A DNA stretch of 64,000 nucleotides from Auanema rhodensis (GCA_964057225.1 OZ059898.1:9424001-9488000), one strand, 5' to 3'. Numbered from the stretch's first letter, positions 11,194-21,708 are shown. The notes: a model not told the origin generated them from the sequence alone. Program-made: numbers and translations.

Positions 11194-14100
11194 ATGGCTG
11201 CTAACAGGTTGTGTTTTTTCCTATCTTTTTTTTTTTAATTAAAATATTTATTTTCAGTTATAAGCGTGTATGTGAAGAGTTGGGGTTCGATTATGAGGAA
11301 ATTTATCAACTCAGGTAATTTAACAATATTTTTAAAATATACATCTTTGTTTTTTTTTTAGTAAGCGCATAAAACTTACCGAGAGTGGTGGTGTTGAGCT
11401 GTGTGACCCCGCAATAACCACTTCCAATAGTGGTCCCTCGTCATCAAGGGTTATTGAAGTTATCACCTTGGATGACAGCGATAATGAGTAAGCTATCATA
11501 TAATGAAAAAGCATGAAATTTTTTTTTTCCAGGGAATGGAATCCCGAGATGCCATCAACTAGTGGAGAACAATTAGGAGGCGGTTCATCCTTCAACGATG
11601 TTTGTCAAATAAAGGTACGAGCTTTTAACCTTTTTTTTTTTCATGTTACAATTCTTTTCACTCTATATCTTTTATTTGATTACATATCTTGAGCAATTTT
11701 GAATTCTGCCATCTATTTTTAAACAAATCATCATACATTTGGTGGCTTTTTGAAAAATAAAATAAAATCTTATCCCAAATCCATGCCATAATATCATTTA
11801 TTAAATTTTTATTCATTAAAATACACTTAAATTTAAATATTTTGATGCTCAAAAACTGACACATTTAAATATTTTGTATTTTTCAAATCATTTCACTCCA
11901 TCTCTTTTATTTAATTTCATATTTTAAACAATTTTAAATTTTTACCACTACTTTATAATTTTTATTTATTAAACTTTTTAATCATTAAATTACACTTAAA
12001 TTTAAATATTTTGATGCGCAAAAACAGAAACATTTAAATATTTTGTTTTACCATTTCACTCCATCTATTTTAAACAATTTTATATTTCTACAACTATTTC
12101 ATAATTTCATTTTTTAAATTTTTAATCATTAAAAAAACATTTAAATTTCAATATTGTGATGCTCAAAAACTGAAACATGAAATTGATTTATATTTTCTAA
12201 GCCATTTCACTTCATCTCTTTTATTTAATCACATATCTTGAACAAATTTAAATTTCTATCACTTTTTCATAATTTCGTTTATTAAATTTTTAATCACTAA
12301 AAAACATTTAAATTTCAATATTGTGATGCTCAAAAACTGAAACATTTAAATATTTTGTATTTTCTAAACCATTTCACTTCATCTCTTTTATTTATATATA
12401 TTTTAAACAATTTTATAATTCTACTATTATTTAATTTTTATTTATTAAATTTTTAAACATTAAAAAAAAAATGATGCTCAAAAACTGAAACATTTAAATA
12501 TTTTGTATTTTTCTAATCGTTTTGAAACAAACTAAACATATATTTGAAAACATTTCAATTAAATAAAAAAAAAAATAACGACTATAACAAACAAAGAGAC
12601 ATAATAATTTTAAGCAAAAGATGAAACAATTCATATATATTCTTAAAACTATTTTTATTTAAACTTTTAAAAATAAAAATAAAAAAAGCATGTAAACTGT
12701 TATAAATGTTGTTTATTATAGTGGTCACACCGGCGCATAAAACGCACCGGTCGTTTTACCAACGTGGTCGTTCGATCGCTCACGTTCCCACACTTGGAAA
12801 ATGTTGATGAACCAATGCATGTTATCATGCCGCGGTTATTCAACGAATTCCTTGATCGTTGTCTTGCTGAAAGCGGTGTGCCTGATAAGCAAAAAGCCTT
12901 ATTTTGTTTATCAATTGAGCACCCTTCCTTTGAAAAGGGCTCCATATTTATGGACTTTCGTAGAAGGGAGCATCTGGATGGCGTAGCCATTATGAATGCC
13001 ATCAGCAAGGTGCAGCAATCAAAACGAGAGGCTGTGATCAGCCAGGCAATGAATATTGAGATGTATGTGTTTGATGAAAGGCCAGCGCAGCCAAGCCTGA
13101 TGCCTGGTGAAGGTAGAGTCGGGTTTTATTTTGACCCCGAACTCAAAATACCTGGAACCATTGCCAACACTGACTCACATTGTCTGGCTAGATCAGCAGT
13201 TGTGGGAATGTGGAAAGCTGACGAGCTGGCCACTGAAGATGGCGATGAGAAGCGAAGGCTGCAAAACCTTCGTCGCAATTACATCTTATTGCCAAATCAG
13301 CCACACCATATCAATTTATTAAATAGGTGTGGTATTTCTGTAGATTTACCAAATTATAATTTAATTCATTTAAACATTATTGCCAGCTGTAATACAAACT
13401 ATAAGTTTGTAGTATATGCTAGACCGCCTGGACAGCGTATGTACACTATCCAGAAAATATTTAATGAAGCGGCTAGCAAATTGGTAACACTAGGTTACCG
13501 AAATAATCACTATGATTGTATTACAGCTGGTAGTCGTTCGAAAATTTTTGATGGTATTATATGTCAACACTGTAAGTTATCTTACAATACAGTGTTGCAT
13601 AGATGTAAAGCCAAATGTAAAAAATGCCACACCTATAATTGTAATGCGATGGGGAATGTGGTTGAGAGTAGCGTGAGGTGTGATAGTTGTAGAGTTTTGT
13701 TTAAAACTCAACAATGCTTCGATAGGCATTTGCGAAAAGCCTGCCGAAAATTCAAGGTATTTTGTGAAAATTTAAAGTTGTACATAACAAGCTTAAATTC
13801 AGACATGTGTGGCGTGTGATCACTATCACATGGTCCGTGCTGATAGACCGCACAATTGCAATGAAAAATTCTGCAAAAAGTGCGGTCAGACAAAGCCTGA
13901 AGAGCACTCTTGTTGTTGGGTTCCACCTAACGACAAGAAGAAGGCTCAGCTAAAAAAGAAGCAAGAAAAGTTCAAGGTTTGTATTTAACATCTTTACAAG
14001 TGTAATGCTTACTTGTTTAAGATTATATTTTATGACTTTGAAACAGTTGTGTTAAAAAACGGCACAAATGTTCATGAATATGCAGATGAACAATGGCCCA

Positions 14101-16951
14101 ATATGGTTGTGTATAACAAATTTTGTGAAAGTTGTATAGATGCCAATTCCTGTGAGAAATGCACAACCAAGGAGGGCCATTTTGGGTACCAACAAGGTGA
14201 TAGTGAATGGTCTGTAACAGATCGTTTCCTTGATTGGTTACTCAACTTTTCTGAGAATGATAATGCAATTTTGATTGCGCACAACGGGTCGCGCTTTGAC
14301 ATACATTTCTTGGTGTCTAGGCTGATAAACCGTGGAATATATCCTGACCCCATTTTAAATGGGACCAAGATTATTAGCATGGTTGTCAAGCCATTAAGAG
14401 GTCAAAACATTAACCATTTATGTTTTAAAGATAGTTATTTACTAGTGCCTTTACCCTTATCAGCGTTACCCAAGGCATTTGGTGTACCTGATATGAGTAA
14501 AGGACAATTCCCATACCTCTTTAACCACCCAATAAATTATGGCAAAGTGCTACCATCCTTGCCACCAAAGCATTACTATTGTACTGCTAGAATGAAAGCA
14601 GAAGACCTAGCTTCATTCAATATTTGGTATGAGGAGCGTAATCAAAGTGTGTTTGATTTTGATGAGGAGCTTCTGGAATATTGTAGGACAGATGTCCGTA
14701 TTTTAACCAACTGTATGAAAGTGTACATGAAGTTGGCAACCGCCACCACTGGCTGGAATCCTGTCATACAATGTATGACATTTGCCAGTTTCTCTTTATT
14801 CCAGGCAAGTTTTTTAAAATACAAGCATTTTCAAAACTAGTATATTACAGTTGAAAATGAACCACATTAAAGAGAACCAAGTGGGTATTCTGCCTGAGAC
14901 TGGTTATTATGCCGGCCAGAAGCAGAGTATAATTGCCATAAAATACATTAAATGGCTAGAACACGGATTAGGCCGCCCATTAATGCATAAGCTTAATGGT
15001 GGTGAATTTGTTGTGCGAGTAGATGGCCAACGCTATCTACTTGATGCTTATGACAGTGTGGCTAATCACGGCTATGAGGTGAGTAATTTGTAATAAATGT
15101 AAAAAATGATAAAATTTTGTAGTTTAATGGCTGTATTTATCATGGTTGCCCCCAGTGCACCAACAAGACTGCTATTGCACCAGGCAGAAATGGTGAAACA
15201 ATGGAAGAGGTAATTGTGACTTTTTTAATCATTTTAAGCTGAAACATTTAGGTTTATGAAAAAACCATGAAAAGGCTTGAGGCTATTCAAAGCCAGGGCA
15301 TTAGTGTAACCACTGTGTGGGAACACGAAATTACTGCTCAAATGTCATCAAATGAGCAAATGGCAAATTTTATGAAGGACACTGAGGTTGTAACTCGATT
15401 GGCACCTCGAGATGCCTTCACCGGCGGCCGAACTCAAACATATAAGCTTCTGGCCCAAGCTTCGGATAGATACTCACTAGAGTATGTGGACTTTTGTTCA
15501 CTTTATCCATATGTAACGGCATTTGATGCCTATTACCCTGTGGGTAATCCTAAAGTGATTACTGAGGGCTTTGAGAGTTTTGAGGCATGCTGCCCATACA
15601 AGGGCCTTGTGAAATGTGACGTGCTTGCACCCACAAATTTGTTGTATCCTGTATTAGGAACACGCATAGGCGGTAAATTAATTTTTACAAACTGCCGCAC
15701 ATGTGCAAACAGAGGCAAAAATGTAACATGCCCGCACCAAGATGATGAAGACGCTCGAAAGCTGCATCTGACTGTAACGCATGTAGAGCTCGAATGTGCC
15801 ATACAGCGTGGCTACAAAGTGCTTCATGTTTATGAGGTTTGGCACTGGGATGAATGGCAGCAAGGCGGCCTATTCAAGGATTTTGTACAAAAGTACATAA
15901 AAATTAAGCAAGAGGCATCGGGCTGGCCTAAGCCAAATATGACAGAGGCTGAAAAGGTATGTGTCATGAAAAGTATGGCATTAAATAGAATTTTACAGCT
16001 AAAATATCTCCAAGAGCACGAGGAGAACACTGGTGTTGCTCTGGAGAGCAACAAAATTGAAAAGAATGCGGCCATGCGTAGCATTGCCAAACTACAGCTG
16101 AATAGGTATGTAAACTTTTAAAAATAAAAATTTACAAATTTGTTTATAGTGTATGGGGTAAAATGGGTCAAAGACCGGATAAAGCCCAAACCAAGATTAT
16201 TGGTGTTGAGGATCCTGAAATTGGTAGGATCATAACTGATCCTGCAAGGGAACTCACGGGCTTCAAAATTGTGGACGATGTGGCGTACTGTACAACAGTG
16301 CCAGAAGACTCACACCTGGCACCAGCGCCGTTTACAAATGTAGCCATAGCGGCTTATACAACCGCTCATGCAAGGCTACTATTGTATAAGGCAATGGAAA
16401 AAATTGGAAAGAACTTGGTGTATACAGGTAATTTTATACTTTGTATACAATTTAAACGTACATCATTTAGACACCGATTCTCTAATTTATTTAAAATGCC
16501 TCGATCAGCCTGATCCAATTGAGGATATGAAGGGTGAATGGTTAGGTAAACTAACCTCAGAAATACCCGATGGTTGGTCAATGACCAAATTTGTTTCACC
16601 AGCTGCAAAAGTTTATAGTTATGAGCTAGTAAATGCAGCTGGTCAGGTCAAGTATATCACCAAGGCAAAGGGAGTGGTAAGTATAAAAATATATTATTGA
16701 GAAACTTTTTAAAATTACAGACGCTGGACCACACGGCAGCCACCGTGGTAAACTATCAAAGTATGGAGCGATTGGTTCGAGGACTCGTGATGGATGGAGA
16801 AAAATTGGTTTTAAAAACCAAAACAACGTTATTAAAGAGGCAGCTTGGTGCCATATCCACGATGGACATGACAAAGAGTACCAAGGTCGTAATGGATAAA
16901 CTTTGTTATCTAGACGATTTTAGTACTTTACCCTATGGTTATTGTGAATAA
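11194..16951 (+). CDS. pPolB: Protein-primed DNA polymerase B, 14 exons, about 1370 aa (N-terminal region, OTU-like domain, Cys-rich zinc region, exonuclease, Vsr-like insert, polymerase)
   Basis: Introns at 11208-11257, 11315-11361, 11488-11532, 11615-12721, 13757-13802, 13977-14021, 14805-14850, 15079-15122, 15210-15251, 15957-15998, 16106-16149, 16428-16470 and 16677-16720 give one open frame. Motifs YDFET, HNGSRFD, YCRTD, DFCSLYP, KLQLNSVWGK, YTDTDS; the last two are only formed by splicing. Confidence 0.9.
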
Positions 16952-17089
16952 TTTTTAATATATTTGAATTTATAAATTTTATTATTGCGTGTATATTTGT
17001 ATATGGTTGTATTTATAGATTTTTATGTATAGTTGTATTAATAAATTTTATTCTTCTCATCAAATGTTTTAAAGAGTTTATTACATACA

Positions 17090-18424
17090 TTACAAACTGG
17101 TATCAATATATGGAGCACGATTGTTGTCAATTGAAAGAATAGAGTCATATTCTGCATAAACAATAGCATATAAACCCTCTTGCGGCGTTTGTTGACCAAA
17201 TTCCAATTTCAGGGCCACATTACCTTGTCGTATAACATCAAATAACTCGGACGAGTGTACAGTCGGTGAAATATCAAATACAAAAAATGTGAAGCCGGTT
17301 TTATACATTGCTGGTGTAATACCATTGGATGAATCTGTACGACCAAGACCCAAACCCTCCAACATGTCAATATATGCTGTGGCATAGGAAGAACGCCATT
17401 CTAAATTATAAGGGCGGGTAGGTATTACCCGATTGTTGAGCGTCAAGTATATATTTTTCAATTCAAACGGTTTAAAGTTGAATGGCGAATGTTTAAAAGT
17501 ACCATTATAGGCGTGTGCGCCGACAAGACCTACTACAACACGTTTCGGTGTATGCGACGTGAATAATATGTTATTGGGTGAATCCAAACGGCCTCCTTCT
17601 ATGAAATAAGAGCGCATTTTCACTGACGTCATGGGGTAGTGTATTCGTTCCTTTACAAGTTTATCTTCTATAGCCATAGCTAATCCAGCGTTTAGATCAA
17701 ACTCTTGAATAAGCAAGTGCACATCGTTGATATCTATTTTCAGGTTTGGAAACTCCTCCTTCATTGCAGCATCCTTGCTTTCATTATTCCATCCAAGTGT
17801 GTCAATTAAGAAATTATCACGGTTTGGATATGCAGTTAGCTCCATTTTTGAATAGTTTACAAACAGTCGTTCCTGATTGAATAAGTCGATACTGATGGGA
17901 GCAGCCATCTCACACAATATGCCATTTTTAACAAGCCCTTGTCGCGCTCTAAAGCCAGGACTGGCTGCATTATCTATATATCTATCCGCATAATAGCCTG
18001 ATATGGCAAGTTTGCTCTCTTTAACATCGTTGCTATACATTAGAATATTCTCAATATATGTTTTGTAGGCATGATTTACGGTAGAGTCATACACGCTAAC
18101 ATCACCAATTTTTAAATGATACGAGTGTATCAAACTGGCTGCAAATTGTTGGCATGGTGCAAAAACAAGGTTGTCTGGTACTGGATCACCGTTTGTGGTT
18201 ACAATTTTGAATTTTACATTCAACCAACACCTTCTCAGATTAAGAAATGATTTGGAATTTTGGGCTATAACAAATTCCCATGGTCCTTGAGGAAGAAAAG
18301 TATTTTTTAAAGGAACTTGTACAGTACGAGTGGATTCAACACCTAATGCCGACGCCGGTATGTCACTATAATTAATATTAGGTAAAAGTGCTTGTGCTGA
18401 TTTTGAATCTATCAATTTAGCCAT
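17090..18424 (-). CDS. Major capsid protein (double jelly-roll), Maverick A
   Basis: 444 aa with Polinton MCP-like motifs (PKRVVVGLV, YNG...SPFNF, FFVFDISP, VYAEY). About 16 aa differ from copy B. Confidence 0.88.
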   Translation of the reverse strand: MAKLIDSKSAQALLPNINYSDIPASALGVESTRTVQVPLKNTFLPQGPWEFVIAQNSKSFLNLRRCWLNVKFKIVTTNGDPVPDNLVFAPCQQFAASLIHSYHLKIGDVSVYDSTVNHAYKTYIENILMYSNDVKESKLAISGYYADRYIDNAASPGFRARQGLVKNGILCEMAAPISIDLFNQERLFVNYSKMELTAYPNRDNFLIDTLGWNNESKDAAMKEEFPNLKIDINDVHLLIQEFDLNAGLAMAIEDKLVKERIHYPMTSVKMRSYFIEGGRLDSPNNILFTSHTPKRVVVGLVGAHAYNGTFKHSPFNFKPFELKNIYLTLNNRVIPTRPYNLEWRSSYATAYIDMLEGLGLGRTDSSNGITPAMYKTGFTFFVFDISPTVHSSELFDVIRQGNVALKLEFGQQTPQEGLYAIVYAEYDSILSIDNNRAPYIDTSL

Positions 18425-18877
18425 TTAAATACGATACGACCGCTCACGAGTTATGCACAGACGCTTATGAGGTTTTGTGGTTTTGCGTCGTCGCCGCTTG
18501 CCCAAACCGGTAAGATCTCGTATAGCCTGCCGGCCGGCTGTTTTAAGAGTTTGCTTGATATTATCGCCCTTGAGCACCCCATCAACAATTTCATTGCTAG
18601 TTTTTAGCAACTGGCCGCCAAGAGGTGAATTTACAACTGGACTATTGCTTACAGCACTGGATAATGCATTCCTTCCAGCATTGATGAGATTTTGGGCTAT
18701 AGGTGATTGAATAATGCGTGGTAAAAACGATGCCAATGTTGCCAGTATACCACCCAGGCCATGACCTCTCTGCATACCACGTTGAAACATCATTCCACTA
18801 AATGGCGCCCCACCCATTTGTTGATTCAAAAGTGTTGTCCATTGAATTGAGTTCAAGTCTAGAAGGAGGTGTGGCAT
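18425..18877 (-). CDS. Putative core/membrane-lytic virion protein (QxGxG sites, amphipathic helix, Arg/Lys-rich tail)
   Basis: QMGGA, QRGHG-LGGILATLASFLPRII, GKRRRRK. Nearly identical in copy B. Its stop abuts the MCP ATG. Confidence 0.7.
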   Translation of the reverse strand: MPHLLLDLNSIQWTTLLNQQMGGAPFSGMMFQRGMQRGHGLGGILATLASFLPRIIQSPIAQNLINAGRNALSSAVSNSPVVNSPLGGQLLKTSNEIVDGVLKGDNIKQTLKTAGRQAIRDLTGLGKRRRRKTTKPHKRLCITRERSYRI

Positions 18878-18927
18878 ATTGAACCGCACGTGCGCAATAC
18901 AAAAGTTACACTAGATCATTTTACTAA

Positions 18928-19383
18928 ATGTATTCGTCTGAAATAGCGTCACTATTGCGATCTGTCCGCATCACTCGAAAACTATTCCTCGGTGTATTTA
19001 GCGCGGATACTCTACCCAAAACACGTCGAAAGAACTTTGCACTTGTTGTAAATACTGACACACACGATAAACCGGGCACACATTGGCAAGTCATCTTTGT
19101 ACGTAATGATCAAGCCTACTTTTTCTGTATCTTGGGTTATAAAATGAACAAGTACATTCGTCATTATCTGGCCAAATATAAAAATGTAAAAGTTAATACT
19201 TGCAAACCACAACGCATAATTGAATACACTTGTGGTGGTTATGCAATATTTGTAATACTAATGTTGTCAGCTGGTAATACATTTGAAAGCATTTGTTCAT
19301 TTTTTAAACTATTACAAAACGATGATGTCTTTATTAAAGCGTTTATGCATAAAGTATTCGACTATAAATTATCTAGCATATGA
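18928..19383 (+). CDS. Adenain/Ulp1-like maturation cysteine protease, Maverick A
   Basis: FLGVF, VNTD, PGTHW (His), Q....TCG (Gln/Cys). Confidence 0.88.
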   Translation: MYSSEIASLLRSVRITRKLFLGVFSADTLPKTRRKNFALVVNTDTHDKPGTHWQVIFVRNDQAYFFCILGYKMNKYIRHYLAKYKNVKVNTCKPQRIIEYTCGGYAIFVILMLSAGNTFESICSFFKLLQNDDVFIKAFMHKVFDYKLSSI

Positions 19384-19429
19384 TCAACCTCGCCATTAAA
19401 ACGTCACCTGCTATATTAGGTGGTCAGTT

Positions 19430-19600
19430 ATGAATATTCCCTGTCACTGTGAATTATGTATAAGATACACGTTGGAACAATCTGTGCCAACACCCCTGTA
19501 CAAAAAGATTTTGAAACGTATTTCAGTGCCATTCATTAAAGGAATATCTCTGGGACTAGGCTTTTGTACAACACTAGTCATTATTCCACTCATTATATAA
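19430..19600 (+). CDS. 56-aa Cys-motif peptide with C-terminal hydrophobic segment
   Basis: MNIPCHCELC...GISLGLGFCTTLVIIPLII. Same start, length and stop in copies B and C. Confidence 0.65.
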   Translation: MNIPCHCELCIRYTLEQSVPTPLYKKILKRISVPFIKGISLGLGFCTTLVIIPLII

Positions 19601-19641
19601 AAGTGAGTTGACTGTGTGTGGTTGTTTTTTATTTTCCTCTA

Positions 19642-20106
19642 ATGGAACTTTTATGTAACAAGTATTGTGTTACGTGCAAGGAAATATTTTCATCAGCCAA
19701 GCATTTTAGTGATCACGTATTAAAAAGACATGACGGGATTCAACCCGTATGTAACAGTTATATCAGCAATGCTGACTTTATTCAAAAATATGGACATTTG
19801 GATGGTGTTCGTAGACGTTTGTGCCCTTATTGTAGTGAAACTTTTGGAACAAGATTCAATTGTCAGCGTCATATTCGGCGTCTTCATAATAGTAATGGAA
19901 CGAATGGTAAAGATGGTGATGGAAATGATACCAGCGAACCCTCTGAAAAAACTGAGGAGTTTGTACAGTCAACCGAACCAAAACGATGCCGCTGCAATAG
20001 TAACCGAGAATATTCACAACACGAGCCGCGCATCGAACAAAACGGCGCTGAACTACCTTTTAAACCTTCGAAAATCGTAATGTGGTCTTGTATAACTGTT
20101 GAATAA
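19642..20106 (+). CDS. Two-finger C2H2 zinc-finger protein, Maverick A
   Basis: CVTC...F.....F..HVLKRH and CPYC...F.....C..HIRRLH, conserved in copies B and C. Confidence 0.8.
   Translation: MELLCNKYCVTCKEIFSSAKHFSDHVLKRHDGIQPVCNSYISNADFIQKYGHLDGVRRRLCPYCSETFGTRFNCQRHIRRLHNSNGTNGKDGDGNDTSEPSEKTEEFVQSTEPKRCRCNSNREYSQHEPRIEQNGAELPFKPSKIVMWSCITVE
19730..20080 (+). CDS. Overprinted (+1 frame) hydrophobic protein, probably membrane-bound
   Basis: Open in A and B, and in C up to a late deletion. More conserved between A and B than the zinc-finger frame over the 3' half. Confidence 0.7.
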   Translation: MTGFNPYVTVISAMLTLFKNMDIWMVFVDVCALIVVKLLEQDSIVSVIFGVFIIVMERMVKMVMEMIPANPLKKLRSLYSQPNQNDAAAIVTENIHNTSRASNKTALNYLLNLRKS

Positions 20107-20111
20107 AACAT

Positions 20112-20969
20112 TTATTTCACATTTTTAACATGTAATGTAACAACTGTAGAACCATAATTAAATTGCATAGGGCGGCCAAATTCATCTAAAATTTCAATAC
20201 GTATAGTATCGAGTGTTTGCTTAGTGATTGGAACATAACGAATAGGATTAAATGTTTTGGCAATCATTTTACCAAATTCGGTGGGAGGTGGTACAGGTAA
20301 ACATGCAAGTAAATTAGCTTTCACATTACCGAGAATGGAATATTCTACAATATCACAATATATATACATTGTATTAATGTTATTTGAAAAATCAATGGGG
20401 CGCCTGGCTATTAACGTGTCGTTGATAATTTTATTCTCAAAGCCAAGAAAATATGCGAGAGCATCACCGAGTGTTGCATTCAATAATAGCCGCTTACTTG
20501 TTACAAACTCTATGCGTTGTAGTGTTTTGTTAAATCGAAACGTGGCGTCTGCCAGCATTTCCTTGACAAGTTTAGCCTCAGCTTGTCGATTATTATACCA
20601 CTTTTTCACATCTTCATCTTTATCTATCAAACCCTTTATACGTGCTTCTTCCTCAGCTCCAAGAGGTTTAGTGCTGCTAGCAATAAATTGTTCTTTTCCA
20701 GCATTGATTCCGCGTATTATTTCATCACCATTTGCATAGTTACCTTTGGGCAAGTGCAGAATAAACTTTCTGTTGGAAAAACGTAGTGTATAAGAAAGAT
20801 TTTCTTGTACATTTAATATCGAACACGGAAAAATTATGTCTGTCAGCCCAATGCAATATCTGTTATTGCGTAGCCTTAATGTTTCAGGTAACCTGGTAAG
20901 AAACACTGATGAGGTATTACTTTTTTCAGAGTCAACTGATGACGGCAAAGTAATGTAAAAGTCATCCAT
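20112..20969 (-). CDS. Minor capsid (penton-like) protein, Maverick A
   Basis: FYITLPS N-terminus, YIYCDIVE, Y.P...LDTIRIEILDE.G, V.LH, typical of Polinton mCP. Confidence 0.85.
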   Translation of the reverse strand: MDDFYITLPSSVDSEKSNTSSVFLTRLPETLRLRNNRYCIGLTDIIFPCSILNVQENLSYTLRFSNRKFILHLPKGNYANGDEIIRGINAGKEQFIASSTKPLGAEEEARIKGLIDKDEDVKKWYNNRQAEAKLVKEMLADATFRFNKTLQRIEFVTSKRLLLNATLGDALAYFLGFENKIINDTLIARRPIDFSNNINTMYIYCDIVEYSILGNVKANLLACLPVPPPTEFGKMIAKTFNPIRYVPITKQTLDTIRIEILDEFGRPMQFNYGSTVVTLHVKNVK

Positions 20970-21048
20970 CAGAGACCACCACCTGATGCGTGCACACTAG
21001 TATAAATGAAATCATTTGCATTATAGGTACATTTACGAGTGGTTGATT

Positions 21049-21696
21049 ATGGTTTTCAGCTTCAAACTACCCAGTCAGACAACTGTAATAGGGGCAACGC
21101 AATGTGGTAAAACTACCCTTATAAAACGTATATGTGAAAATACTGAAAAGTTTTTCAACGTCCCCATTGATAGAATATTCTGGTTCAGTCAATGTGGAGC
21201 ATCGTCAGGTGTTCCATTAAATGATGAGCGTTTAATAGTTATTCAAGGACCACCTGATCCGGATATAATAAAAGAGCAAAAGGGAGTAAACACCATACTA
21301 GTGCTGGATGATTTGATGAATTTTTTCTCATCGAATAAAGCGGCTAAAGAATTACTCAACAACATTTTTACAGTGTGGGCACATCACTGGAATTTGGCAG
21401 TGTTTAATCTTGTGCAAGCTGCATTTCAGCTAGACAGGACCAGTCGAATTAATAGTACATATATAATACTGATGAAAAGTCATTCGGATATATTACAAAT
21501 ACGTAATTGTCTGCAACAATTATTTGGCCCCCGCTTTAAAAATGCTCTAGAAGCATATGATGATGCAATGTCTACACCCTATAATCATTTACTGATTGAC
21601 AACCATCCTTTAACAAATGAGAAACAGCGTATACTATCAGATATAACAGCGGAGCACCCTATTGTTTATGTAGCCAGAAATATATTCAGTGTTTAA
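21049..21696 (+). CDS. A32/FtsK-like packaging ATPase, Maverick A
   Basis: Walker A GATQCGKT, Walker B LVLDD, HHWN...LVQ, SRINS.Y. Confidence 0.9.
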   Translation: MVFSFKLPSQTTVIGATQCGKTTLIKRICENTEKFFNVPIDRIFWFSQCGASSGVPLNDERLIVIQGPPDPDIIKEQKGVNTILVLDDLMNFFSSNKAAKELLNNIFTVWAHHWNLAVFNLVQAAFQLDRTSRINSTYIILMKSHSDILQIRNCLQQLFGPRFKNALEAYDDAMSTPYNHLLIDNHPLTNEKQRILSDITAEHPIVYVARNIFSV

Positions 21697-21708
21697 TGTG
21701 CATGTTCA

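Noticed and set aside
11332-11595. Minus-strand ORF conserved with 43010-43321
   Set aside because: It is the antisense shadow of pPolB exons 3-4; splice signals and frame support the other strand.
11640-12520. Degenerate repeats of about 120-180 bp as a separate element
   Set aside because: They lie inside pPolB intron 4, are absent from copy B and have no termini; likely local intron expansion.
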